This document shows positions 9,903 through 18,912 of a stretch of 54,793 nt of DNA, piece after piece. A program made the translations under genes and the position numbers. This stretch comes from Candidatus Collierbacteria bacterium (lineage in GTDB: Bacteria > Patescibacteriota > Microgenomatia > UBA1400 > MFAQ01). The stretch lies in assembly GCA_903886255.1 (NCBI GenBank), contig CAISLM010000033.1, positions 1-54,793 on the forward strand, read 5' to 3'. Numbering within the stretch: position 1 is the first letter of the stretch; each line of letters begins with the position of its first letter. The notes below the pieces were generated by a model. The model did not search any database, was not told where the DNA came from, and worked only from the letters and a program-made list of their open reading frames with translations.

Positions 9903-10259
9903 TCAAACCTGTTTTGTTTTACTCCTGTAGAGATATACCTCCCAAACGACCAAAAGCCCAAGAATCAATATTCCATTCAACAATGATCCCAAACCCCAAA
10001 TTCTAAGATAAATAAATATCACGATCCCAATAGTCCAGCGCAGTGCTCGGACAGAGGAGAGTGTCAAAATCGACAGCAGCCAAAAAATTCCCCCGGCGAC
10101 GAGTATCCCCATTGGCAGATAGCTCCCGGGAAAAATAAAATTAGCCATATTGTCCGGGTCAATTTTCCAGATAGTCAAGGCGATCGCCACCCAATTTAAA
10201 ACCGCGAAAAAAATCAGCCATCCGTACCTCTTGTTTCTTTCGTGTTTGTTTCGTTCCAC
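9903..10259 (-). CDS. Hypothetical membrane protein
   Basis: 118 aa with about four TM segments. Confidence 0.7.
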   Translation of the reverse strand: MERNKHERNKRYGWLIFFAVLNWVAIALTIWKIDPDNMANFIFPGSYLPMGILVAGGIFWLLSILTLSSVRALRWTIGIVIFIYLRIWGLGSLLNGILILGLLVVWEVYLYRSKTKQV

Positions 10260-10276
10260 TAATGTAAAATGAATCT

Positions 10277-11260
10277 ATGTCAACTGACACTCTCATTGTA
10301 ATAGCTTTTCTCTTCCTTGGACTACTAACACTTTATTTCCTCATCAAATCTCAGCTCTCTCAACCCAAAACCGACCCCACTCTCAACGCTTGGCTCAAAT
10401 CTCTTCAGCAATCTTTTGACACCACCAATCGCACCACCACTGCTTCCCTCCAGCAAAATTATCGTGAACTATTTTCCCGTCTTGACCAGGCCACGACGGT
10501 CATTGGGGATCTAAAAAAAGAAGCCGGCGCTTTTGGCGAAGTCAGCCGCTCCATGAAAGATCTCCAGGACTATTTAAAATCTCCCAAGCTCAGAGGCAAT
10601 ATCGGTGAGCAAGTTCTTACCGACCTTATTTCTCAAATGTTTCCCAAAACGGGATACGTTCTTCAACACCATTTCAAATCCGGTCAGATCGTTGACGCCG
10701 CCATCAAAACTCAAGCCGGAATTTTACCCATTGATTCAAAGTTCCCCATGGAAAATTTTCAAAAAATCTATCAAGCCACCACCCAAGCCGAAAAAACTTT
10801 AGCCCGCTCCGCCTTTGTTCGTGACGTCAAAAAACACATTAAAGATATTTCCGGAAAATATATTCTTCCCGAAGAAGGAACCCTTGATTTTGCTCTCATG
10901 TATATCCCCTCGGAATCCGTTTACTACGAAATCGTCAACGAAACGGAAATTCTCGATGCTTCTCGGGACGCCCGCGTTTATCCCGTTTCGCCCACCACTC
11001 TCTATGCTAATCTTCAAACCATCCTTCTCTCTCTCGAAGGTCAAAAGATCGCCGGCAAAACTGCCGAGGTTTTTACTCTATTAAGAGCTGTCCAAAAGGA
11101 TTACGAAAAATTAAATGAAAACTTTGCTCTCCTCGGAAAACATTTAACCAACGCCTACAATTCTATGAACACGACCTCGCAAACCATGAATCAAATTGGT
11201 AACAAGTTGGAATCTGCCCACAGTCTCAAATCCGGACTAGACAACGAAAAAGAAGCGTAA
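10277..11260 (+). CDS. rmuC: DNA recombination protein RmuC
   Basis: N-terminal TM, coiled coil, RGNIGE, VDAAI...IDSKFP, FALMYIPSE, SPTTL. Confidence 0.93.
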   Translation: MSTDTLIVIAFLFLGLLTLYFLIKSQLSQPKTDPTLNAWLKSLQQSFDTTNRTTTASLQQNYRELFSRLDQATTVIGDLKKEAGAFGEVSRSMKDLQDYLKSPKLRGNIGEQVLTDLISQMFPKTGYVLQHHFKSGQIVDAAIKTQAGILPIDSKFPMENFQKIYQATTQAEKTLARSAFVRDVKKHIKDISGKYILPEEGTLDFALMYIPSESVYYEIVNETEILDASRDARVYPVSPTTLYANLQTILLSLEGQKIAGKTAEVFTLLRAVQKDYEKLNENFALLGKHLTNAYNSMNTTSQTMNQIGNKLESAHSLKSGLDNEKEA

Positions 11261-11275
11261 AACTTTAACCCAAAA

Positions 11276-11308
11276 GATCAAGCTCCCCGGCTGTCAGGAA
11301 GCTTGATC
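11276..11308 (-). terminator. Intrinsic terminator between convergent rmuC and the Met-rich protein gene
   Basis: GATCAAGCT...AGCTTGATC inverted repeat followed by TTTT on the minus strand. Confidence 0.6.
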
Positions 11309-11317
11309 GTTACTCCG

Positions 11318-11506
11318 TTATTCTGCTTTCCAGTTCTCTTTGATCATCTTTTCGCTTTCTTCATCAGTCATCATTGGCGCATCTTTGTGCATCTCCATCA
11401 TGTGAGCATTTCCTTTCTCCTTCATCATTTTCATTGCCTCCATTTCATCATCGGCTTCAACCATCATCACCTCTTCACACATCGGGCATTTCATCGTATA
11501 TTTCAT
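11318..11506 (-). CDS. Small Met-rich CxxC/His protein (DUF1059-like)
   Basis: MKCPMC...AHMMEMH, with a strong SD (GGAGGTGA) upstream. Confidence 0.8.
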   Translation of the reverse strand: MKYTMKCPMCEEVMMVEADDEMEAMKMMKEKGNAHMMEMHKDAPMMTDEESEKMIKENWKAE

Positions 11507-11613
11507 AATTAACTCACCTCCATTCTGAATATCTTTGTTAATTAAACTGTCCTAACATTCATTATGTAATAATTCATACATCAAAGTCAATGCTCAAATC
11601 CGTGATCTAACAC

Positions 11614-11650
11614 CCTATAGCTTGACCTACACTGCCATTTGTGTCATAAT
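11614..11650 (+). promoter_or_regulatory. Sigma70-type promoter of orphan unit A
   Basis: CCTATAGC-TTGACC(11622-27)-N17-CATAAT(11645-50), with TTGTG extended -10. Confidence 0.7.
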
Positions 11651-11692
11651 CCGCCCAGTCTTTTAAACTCACCCTCTCACAACAGGAGAAAA

Positions 11693-12100
11693 ATGGAGAA
11701 CCTTAAATCCGAGAAAAAAGGCCTCAATTCGAGGCAAATTGTCGCCCTTGTGGCATTGATCATAGGCGTTGCTTCCATCGTAATATACTCGTTGATTACG
11801 GGAACTAGTTATTTGGGCAGCGTCGTTCCCGGCAATGTACTAGCCAACATCTGTGCCTATCTGTTTTTTGCATTTGCCGTCATCCATCTGATTACGATGG
11901 TCTTCAATGTCCGCCACAAAACGCCTGCTGCCATCGCCGTCATTAGCTGGTTATATGTAAGTTTTTCAATTATTATTAGTCCCCATTCGACAGTAATCGC
12001 ACCCAACCAGCCAATTGCCTTATGGTTATCTGCGATAGTCTATTTGGGCTGGCTAGTTGTATGCCTGAAAGATTTGTTTTTTCTGCTAGCCAATGTATAA
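11693..12100 (+). CDS. Hypothetical membrane protein (orphan unit A)
   Basis: SD AGGAG before ATG 11693 (MENLKSEKK); four TM segments. Confidence 0.75.
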   Translation: MENLKSEKKGLNSRQIVALVALIIGVASIVIYSLITGTSYLGSVVPGNVLANICAYLFFAFAVIHLITMVFNVRHKTPAAIAVISWLYVSFSIIISPHSTVIAPNQPIALWLSAIVYLGWLVVCLKDLFFLLANV

Positions 12101-12104
12101 GTTT

Positions 12105-12134
12105 AAGTCCCTGGAAATCCCGGGGACTTTTTTT
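12105..12134 (+). terminator. Intrinsic terminator of orphan unit A
   Basis: AAGTCCCTGG-AAATC-CCGGGGACTT, ending in a T7 tract. Confidence 0.8.
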
Positions 12135-12159
12135 ATCCACACAGCATACAATATGTTTA

Positions 12160-15123
12160 ATGTCACTCACTACCCCCGAATTTGATCAAGCATACAAACG
12201 ATTAAACGACGCCCAAAGAAAAGCCGTCGATACTATCGAAGGTCCCGTTTTAGTACTCGCTGGCCCCGGTACAGGCAAAACTCAAGTTTTGACAACCAGA
12301 ATTGCTAATATTTTAAAAGAAACCGATACCGACCCCAGCTCCATTCTCGCTCTAACCTTTACCGAAGCCGCCACCAAAGAAATGCGCACTCGTCTCATTA
12401 ACCTCATAGGCAAAGATGGCTATCTCGTTCAAGTCACCACCTTTCATTCTTTTTGTGCCGATGTCATCGCCCAAAATCCCGAAAGATTTAGTAAACCCGC
12501 CGGCATGCAGAATGTTTCCGATCTGGAAAAGATTCAAATCATTCAAGAGATTTTAGAACAGGGAACCTTTTCACTTCTTAAACCGATAGGCGATCCTCTC
12601 TTCTATCTCCCCTACATCTTAAGTAGCATCTCCGACCTCAAGCGCGAAGGCTTTACTGTCAGTAAATATTCCGAGCTGGTCTCCATTTTAAAAGACGAAT
12701 TTGAAATTGCCAAAGATGATCTCTCCAAGACTGCCAGATTAGAACAAGAAAAGCTTGTCAACAAAAATCTTGATCTCTTAGATGTCTACGAAAAATATCA
12801 AAATAAATTGACAGTACTCGGCCGCTTCGATTTCAACGATATGATCAACTGGGTGGTCGAGGCTTTTGAATCGGACGCAGATTTCCTTTTAGGTTACCAA
12901 GAAAAATTTCAATATCTTTTAGTTGATGAATATCAAGATACTAACTCCGCCCAAAACCGCCTCATTTTTGCCCTCACCAACTACTGGGGTCCGCAAGCTA
13001 ACATCTTTGCGGTGGGAGATCCCAACCAAAGTATTTTTCGTTTTCAAGGCGCCAGTAAAGAAAATATTGTCGAATTTGCCAAAGCTTTTCCGGACCACAC
13101 TAAAATTATTCTCGACCAAAGTTATCGCTCCACTCAAACAATACTCGACTCTGCGGCCAAACTGATAGGCGAGAGCCCTCTCCACGCCAATACTTCCCTG
13201 GAAGATATCCAAATAAAAACCGCCTCTTTCAACTCTACTATCTTTGAAGACGAATTTATCACGAGCTCCATCCAAGACAAAATCAAAAATGGTGTTAAAC
13301 CCAAGGATATTGCTATTATTGTCAAAGAAAACAAAGACGTTGATATCCTTATCAATCTTTTCAAACAAAAAAATCTTCCTTATCGTCTCGAGGGCGGCAC
13401 CAATATTCTTGCCACCCCTCTTATTAGTCAGTTCCTCAAAATCCTCAAAGTTGCCACCGCTCTTCACGATACTGTCGACGATCTCGACCTCTTTACTGTT
13501 TTAAATTTTGACTATTTCCATCTCAATCCTCTTTCCATTTTAAAAATTAGCCGAGAGGCTCATCTTAATCGGAAAACCTTATTTGACACTCTTCAAGATG
13601 ATCATCCGGAACTAGACGACGCCGTAGTCGAAGTCTATCTTCGCTTTGTTTCTTGGAACTCGAAAGCCGCCACCCACACTCTCCCCGAAATGTTTCAGCT
13701 GATTCTCCAAGAATCCGGAGTTCTCGAATATATCTTGGCCCTGCCCCAACCCATTATTGAATTAAATCGTTTCGGCACTCTCTTTGACGATGTCAAAACG
13801 CAATCCGCCTCTTTCCCTGACCTCAATCTTTTTGGCTACGTCAAGAATCTCCAGATCATGGAAGAAAATAATTTGAAACTGGAAGAACAAGTCTTGATTG
13901 GTAATGACGACGCTGTCACTTTGACCACTGCCCACAAAGCCAAAGGCTTAGAGTGGCAAACCGTTTTCATCTATCGTTTCGCCGATACTCACTGGGGCAA
14001 CAAAGCCAAAAGAGAAATGATCAAACTTCCTCCCGGCATTATTGTTTACGAGGATACGGATAAAGAAGATAAAAATGCCGAAGAACGCCGTCTCTTCTAT
14101 GTCGCTCTTACTCGGGCAAAACAAGAATTAATTCTCACCGGCTGCTCCGAATATCCCAGCTCCGCCAAGATGATTTTTCCTGCCATGTTTATTGCCGATC
14201 TGCCTCCCGAGAATCTAGAAAAAATCGACACTACCAAATTTGAAAAGACATCAGCCAAAATTCTTGCCGTCTTGATGTCACCGGCCCCGGAAGAAACACT
14301 TCACCCCGGTGAAGCCGACTATCTCCGAGAAATCATCCAAGACTTCAAGCTCTCACCCACCGCTCTTAATACCTATCTTCGCTGTCCCTACAAATTCAAA
14401 CTAGATAATCTCTATCGTATTCCGAGAGCCAAGGCCCCTGCCATGTGTTTTGGTACCGCCGTTCACTACGCTCTGGAAATGTTTTATCGCGAATTAAACA
14501 ATGGCCGATTGGAATCGATAGACACCTTCATCAAAGATTTTTCCGCCGCTCTGAGAAGAGAAATCATGACCGAAACAGATTTCAAAGACAGGTTAGCCCA
14601 TGGCAAAAAAGTTCTTACCAACTACTACAACAAATACAAGGAAGAATTTACCAGTTGTCTCTTCACCGAAAAAAGTTTTGGTACTTCTCTCACTTCCCAA
14701 ATTCATCTTGACGATATTCCCTTAACCGGCAAGGTCGACCGCATTGATCTGACTAGCAAAGAAGATAAACATGTTGGTGTCGTCGATTACAAAACAGGAA
14801 AACCCAAAACCAGAGGTGAGATTGAAGGCGCGACCAAAAACTCCGATGGCGACTACAAACGTCAGCTCACTTTCTATCACCTCCTTGCCGATCTGGATAA
14901 ATCCTTCCAGTACAAAGTCCTCGAAACCGAGCTTGATTTCATCGAACCGGATGCCAAAGGGGATTTCCATCGCGAAAGATTTATGATCACTCCCGATGAA
15001 GTAAATATTCTAAAGGGAGTCATCAAAGAATCCATGCAGAAAATCCGCGCCCTCGACTTCACCCGCACCGACGATTTAAATAAGTGTTCCACCTGTCCAT
15101 TTAGAAGCCACTGTCAAAGATAG
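12160..15123 (+). CDS. UvrD/PcrA-type SF1A helicase fused to C-terminal PD-(D/E)XK nuclease (AddA/AdnAB-like)
   Basis: AGPGTGKT, VDEYQD, VGDPNQSIFRFQGA, HKAKGLEW, YVALTRA; nuclease GKVDRID...VDYKTG; Cys in RCPY plus CSTCPFRSHC. Start at ATG 12160 because the longer frame crosses a terminator. Confidence 0.92.
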   Translation: MSLTTPEFDQAYKRLNDAQRKAVDTIEGPVLVLAGPGTGKTQVLTTRIANILKETDTDPSSILALTFTEAATKEMRTRLINLIGKDGYLVQVTTFHSFCADVIAQNPERFSKPAGMQNVSDLEKIQIIQEILEQGTFSLLKPIGDPLFYLPYILSSISDLKREGFTVSKYSELVSILKDEFEIAKDDLSKTARLEQEKLVNKNLDLLDVYEKYQNKLTVLGRFDFNDMINWVVEAFESDADFLLGYQEKFQYLLVDEYQDTNSAQNRLIFALTNYWGPQANIFAVGDPNQSIFRFQGASKENIVEFAKAFPDHTKIILDQSYRSTQTILDSAAKLIGESPLHANTSLEDIQIKTASFNSTIFEDEFITSSIQDKIKNGVKPKDIAIIVKENKDVDILINLFKQKNLPYRLEGGTNILATPLISQFLKILKVATALHDTVDDLDLFTVLNFDYFHLNPLSILKISREAHLNRKTLFDTLQDDHPELDDAVVEVYLRFVSWNSKAATHTLPEMFQLILQESGVLEYILALPQPIIELNRFGTLFDDVKTQSASFPDLNLFGYVKNLQIMEENNLKLEEQVLIGNDDAVTLTTAHKAKGLEWQTVFIYRFADTHWGNKAKREMIKLPPGIIVYEDTDKEDKNAEERRLFYVALTRAKQELILTGCSEYPSSAKMIFPAMFIADLPPENLEKIDTTKFEKTSAKILAVLMSPAPEETLHPGEADYLREIIQDFKLSPTALNTYLRCPYKFKLDNLYRIPRAKAPAMCFGTAVHYALEMFYRELNNGRLESIDTFIKDFSAALRREIMTETDFKDRLAHGKKVLTNYYNKYKEEFTSCLFTEKSFGTSLTSQIHLDDIPLTGKVDRIDLTSKEDKHVGVVDYKTGKPKTRGEIEGATKNSDGDYKRQLTFYHLLADLDKSFQYKVLETELDFIEPDAKGDFHRERFMITPDEVNILKGVIKESMQKIRALDFTRTDDLNKCSTCPFRSHCQR

Positions 15124-15184
15124 GTACATAAATATTTTGACTTTGTGATAGCATTGGCATGCCAGGTCACCAATCTTTCACGAA

Positions 15185-15892
15185 ATGATCAACGAACAAA
15201 AATATTTATCGAGGTTGAACGACACATATATCTTCATAAGAGATATCGTTGGCCGTGTTGATGAAGAATATATTCTTGAGAAAGCAAATTCGATGGGCGA
15301 AGGTATAAAAGAAATAATTATAGATCCAAATCTGTGGATGGATAAAGCTGTCCCTACTGATGATAAAATTCGGAACATTGTGAGCGAAGCAGTTAAAGCA
15401 CATGCTGCAAAAGTAAGAAATTATAAGAAATGGGTTCTTGGGTATGGTTTAGTGTTGATGTGCGCAATCTTTGACGAATATCTAATTGAATTACTGGAAA
15501 ATATCCTAGATGTCAATCCTCAACTCACAAAGTGGATAAATAAGATCGAGATTATGGATAGATTTGAACACGAAGAAAAAATTAAAGAAAAATATAAAAT
15601 ATTTATTAATAAACTAAACTTTACTCAAGAAGAATTTTTTGATTTTAAGATATTCACCCCTGAGATCCAAAGAAAATATTTTGGATTTGATATTGCTAAT
15701 TTGGTTGAAATCTATAAAAAGAGAAATAAAGTCGCACATACTGATAGCTATGTAATTTATTCAATTATTGAATTGTTAAATGTTAAGGATCTACTTGAAA
15801 AAATGTGTTGGAACCTGTCCATAAAATGCCGACACAAATGGAATGTACAAAGCGAGTTTTTAGAAATAATTAATAAACATCAAAACCCATAA
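15185..15892 (+). CDS. Putative HEPN-domain protein
   Basis: AIFDEYL helix and R-x4-H motif RNKVAH; AT-rich. Confidence 0.6.
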   Translation: MINEQKYLSRLNDTYIFIRDIVGRVDEEYILEKANSMGEGIKEIIIDPNLWMDKAVPTDDKIRNIVSEAVKAHAAKVRNYKKWVLGYGLVLMCAIFDEYLIELLENILDVNPQLTKWINKIEIMDRFEHEEKIKEKYKIFINKLNFTQEEFFDFKIFTPEIQRKYFGFDIANLVEIYKKRNKVAHTDSYVIYSIIELLNVKDLLEKMCWNLSIKCRHKWNVQSEFLEIINKHQNP

Positions 15893-15956
15893 AGTATTAA
15901 CCACACTATCAACATAGGCAATAATATCTGGAAAAGGGCACACTAAATAATATTTT

Positions 15957-16697
15957 ATGGAAAATATAAGAACAAATATTTATCAATTTATCGGTATTAT
16001 TTTTCCTCCAGACATTTTAGATATAAACGATTTAAATGTTACGGCGGAAGAAATGCGAGGTATCAAGAATCAGTTTTCCGGAAAGTTAAGTTTTATGGCA
16101 AGTGGAAATAATGTAATTGTGACGTTTGAAACGGGAAATAACTTTGATGATGATCTAGAAACCCTAAAGAACACTCTCGAGAATTTTTGCTACAGCATCA
16201 TTGACGTATATAACTATTATCATTCGACATCTGCGGAATTAATTCTATGTTCAGGAGGAAATACAAAAATATCTGAGTTCACATTTCCAAGAAAACTGAG
16301 ATTTTTAAAGGAATCTGATAGATCACTTGCACCAAAAGAACTAATCTTGCTAATAGGAGGGAAACCTCTCCTGCGAAGAATTATAAGAAATTTATCTCAG
16401 GCAGTTCGTGCTCCAGAAGACGCCGGATTTTATAGTTATCTAACAATTGAAGGAGTTAGACAGAGTTATGTAAAAGAGGGAGAAAAAGATGAAGGGTCAG
16501 TAAAGAACAAAAGTTGGGAGGACATGAGAAAAACGTTGTCGATAGAAAAATCGGATATTGACTATGTTAAGAAATTTGCTGATGTACAACGGCATGGTGG
16601 AACAACAAATGGCATAAAGGGAGAGGAGCTGCAAAAAATATTAACAATCGCTTGGTCAATCGTCGACAAATATATTCTTTATGTGAGCGAATCATAA
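15957..16697 (+). CDS. Hypothetical protein, possibly ApeA/MauJ-like HEPN
   Basis: C-terminal helical domain with FYSYLTIE and ADVQRHG; AT-rich. Confidence 0.5.
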   Translation: MENIRTNIYQFIGIIFPPDILDINDLNVTAEEMRGIKNQFSGKLSFMASGNNVIVTFETGNNFDDDLETLKNTLENFCYSIIDVYNYYHSTSAELILCSGGNTKISEFTFPRKLRFLKESDRSLAPKELILLIGGKPLLRRIIRNLSQAVRAPEDAGFYSYLTIEGVRQSYVKEGEKDEGSVKNKSWEDMRKTLSIEKSDIDYVKKFADVQRHGGTTNGIKGEELQKILTIAWSIVDKYILYVSES

Positions 16698-16712
16698 AAT
16701 ATTAAACAATAA

Positions 16713-17057
16713 GTGCAAATCAATAAACTCCTCATCGTCTGTTCCCACAACAAATGGCGCAGCCCCACAGCCGAAAATCTTTACCACCATGACCCTCGTG
16801 TTTTCGTCCGCTCTGCTGGTTTGAGCTCTCATTCTCCCCACGTTCTCTCCAAGGCAGATCTCCAATGGGCCGATCTCCTTTTATATATGGAAAAAGATCA
16901 CCTCGAACGCATCAAAGCCATTTTTCCGGATACTCCACTTCCCAAATCCATCAATCTCGACATTCCCGATGGCTACACCTACATGGATCCCGAGCTCGTG
17001 GAAATACTTCACGACAAAATCGAAACCATCATTGCCAGCCCCACGATATTGGCATAG
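16713..17057 (+). CDS. Low-molecular-weight protein-tyrosine-phosphatase-like protein
   Basis: P-loop VCSHNKWRSPTAE, SAG, WADL, LDIPD.Y.YMDPEL. Confidence 0.88.
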   Translation: MQINKLLIVCSHNKWRSPTAENLYHHDPRVFVRSAGLSSHSPHVLSKADLQWADLLLYMEKDHLERIKAIFPDTPLPKSINLDIPDGYTYMDPELVEILHDKIETIIASPTILA

Positions 17058-17072
17058 TATCTATATATCCCT

Positions 17073-17657
17073 ATGAAAATAAATATTTTGCTCTGTTACG
17101 GAAATTTTGAAAAATCAAATGAAGAATATCGTCAGTATATCGAGATGGTAGTCAAAGAATCGCTGGAAAACCAAGCTGAAAAACTCATTGTCTGCGGAGG
17201 CAATACGAACAATAAAACATCAAATATTTCCGAAGCCGAAACTGTTAGAGATTACATTACAGAAATCAATCCGGATCTCAAGGTCGAACTTGAAGATCAA
17301 TCACTCACCACTTCTCAAAACTTGGAATTTGTTTCAAAAAAAATAAACCCAACAGATCAAATCACAGTTTACTGTGATCTGGCCCGCATGGCCAAAGTTA
17401 TCTGGCTTTCTCTTGCCTATTTACTCCACAAAAACCGCCAAGAAACCGGCAATATTCTTTTTGATTTCTCCCGGGAACGAAAACTAAAACATTTTAATTT
17501 TGAAAATCTCAGCGTCAAATATTTTGATTTCCCCAGTCGTGATAAATATCTCTGTATCGCCCAAACATTTTCTTCACTTCTCGAGGTAGAAGCCATTTAC
17601 GACAGATCTCTCGAAGACAAAATCACTTCCCAGCGGCGCACTGATTTCGGAATTTGA
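17073..17657 (+). CDS. YdcF/DUF218 (ElyC/SanA-like) protein
   Basis: LIVCGG, SEAE, LEDQSLTTSQNL. Confidence 0.75.
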   Translation: MKINILLCYGNFEKSNEEYRQYIEMVVKESLENQAEKLIVCGGNTNNKTSNISEAETVRDYITEINPDLKVELEDQSLTTSQNLEFVSKKINPTDQITVYCDLARMAKVIWLSLAYLLHKNRQETGNILFDFSRERKLKHFNFENLSVKYFDFPSRDKYLCIAQTFSSLLEVEAIYDRSLEDKITSQRRTDFGI

Positions 17658-17690
17658 CAAGATTTCGGAAAATAATTAATATCAGTCTAT

Positions 17691-17849
17691 ATGGCCAAAA
17701 ACAAAGGTAGGGTTGGTGCCGTAGACGATAGAGTTCAATATTTCAACCCGAAAACTAAAGAATGGGTTAAGGCTGATACAAAAACCGGTAAATTCATGGA
17801 CGTAAAAACCACCGGAGGAAATTTCAAGGGCGTCAAAAAACAAAAGTGA
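17691..17849 (+). CDS. Small basic hypothetical protein, 52 aa (not in ORF track)
   Basis: MAKNKGRVGAVDDRVQYFNPKTKEWVKADTKTGKFMDVKTTGGNFKGVKKQK, preceded by TTGACA(17654-59)-N17-TAATAT. Confidence 0.8.
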   Translation: MAKNKGRVGAVDDRVQYFNPKTKEWVKADTKTGKFMDVKTTGGNFKGVKKQK

Positions 17850-17869
17850 GTTTCTTCGCTCCAAAAGTT

Positions 17870-17907
17870 GATAAAAAAAGTCCCGGGATAAATCCCGGGA
17901 CAAAAAA
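17870..17907 (-). terminator. Intrinsic terminator of orphan unit B
   Basis: GTCCCGGGAT-TT-ATCCCGGGAC followed by T7 on the minus strand. Confidence 0.85.
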
Positions 17908-18855
17908 CTATCCGATTTCGATACGACCCATTCCTGTTCGGATATTCTTAATTACCTTCAAACATCTATTAACTTTTATACCACCCATTCCGTGTACTTC
18001 GAACGAGCCAACATCTGCCAGCCCGTCATGTTCAAAACTTCCCATGCTGGAATCATAAACGCTCAGATTGTTGACAGTTCCACCATCAAACACAACACCA
18101 CCATGACCGGACATGAAAATTTTGGCTGTTTTGAGCTGAACTTCGTCGACATTTATACCACCCATTCCAGTCATGTGTGCTGTCAGAGTTCCCGACAAGG
18201 AATTGATAGACACTCCTCCATGACCCTCGATTTCGACATCGGCAGAAGTTACTGCTACCCGCTCTGCCTCGAAACCACCCATACTTGTAATTTTCAAGGA
18301 CAAGGTTCCAAATAGTGAATCGGCGTAAAACCCCCCATGACCGGCCAGGTCAATGTAAGAGTTACCCGTCACCTTGCCGACATTGAGGCTCCCCATTCCG
18401 CCAACCTCGACCTTTAGGTTGGCGAACGACATCCCCTGGATGCTCATCATGCTGGTGCTTCGCAGGGTCAAACTCCCCCCGTTATTTTTGAAATTCATCG
18501 ATCCCAGGGCGTACTGGCCCAGCTCGATCTCTGCAGTCCAAGGTAGACTGATCGAAATATCAAGCTTTTTGGCCTCATCCAGCTTCACCCCATTTACAAT
18601 CCAGGTCTTGTTTGAATGGGACACGTTCACTTGATATTCGTCGACTTCAACCCCGGGGAGCTTCCCCGCGATGAAGATTGTGTCGCCACTTAGTGTGACT
18701 TCCACCACACGTCTCATTTCTTCGCACCCGTTTATCGTTACCACGATTTCGCGTGCGGCATTGAACGAGATTTTGAAATCGGCAAAAATCGTGCCTAAAT
18801 TCAAACATCGAGCAAACTGTCGTACAACACGCGGTTCGTCTTTTGGACTATTCAT
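17908..18855 (-). CDS. GIN/DUF2807-like beta-helix repeat protein (orphan unit B)
   Basis: Repeats of about 19-20 aa centred on xMG/GHG. SD GAGGAGG precedes ATG 18855 (MNSPKDEP). Confidence 0.75.
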   Translation of the reverse strand: MNSPKDEPRVVRQFARCLNLGTIFADFKISFNAAREIVVTINGCEEMRRVVEVTLSGDTIFIAGKLPGVEVDEYQVNVSHSNKTWIVNGVKLDEAKKLDISISLPWTAEIELGQYALGSMNFKNNGGSLTLRSTSMMSIQGMSFANLKVEVGGMGSLNVGKVTGNSYIDLAGHGGFYADSLFGTLSLKITSMGGFEAERVAVTSADVEIEGHGGVSINSLSGTLTAHMTGMGGINVDEVQLKTAKIFMSGHGGVVFDGGTVNNLSVYDSSMGSFEHDGLADVGSFEVHGMGGIKVNRCLKVIKNIRTGMGRIEIG

Positions 18856-18912
18856 TTCGAGCCTCCTCACAACAGAATAGGTTGTTAAAGTATATCCATT
18901 CGAACAGGCAAA

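Noticed and set aside
12022-12159. Longer start for the UvrD-nuclease
   Set aside because: It overlaps the upstream gene and a terminator. ATG 12160 has a -10 element directly upstream.
12919-13467. 182-aa minus-strand ORF and the many similar nested ORFs in the track
   Set aside because: They lie within well-supported genes and have no motifs or initiation signals.
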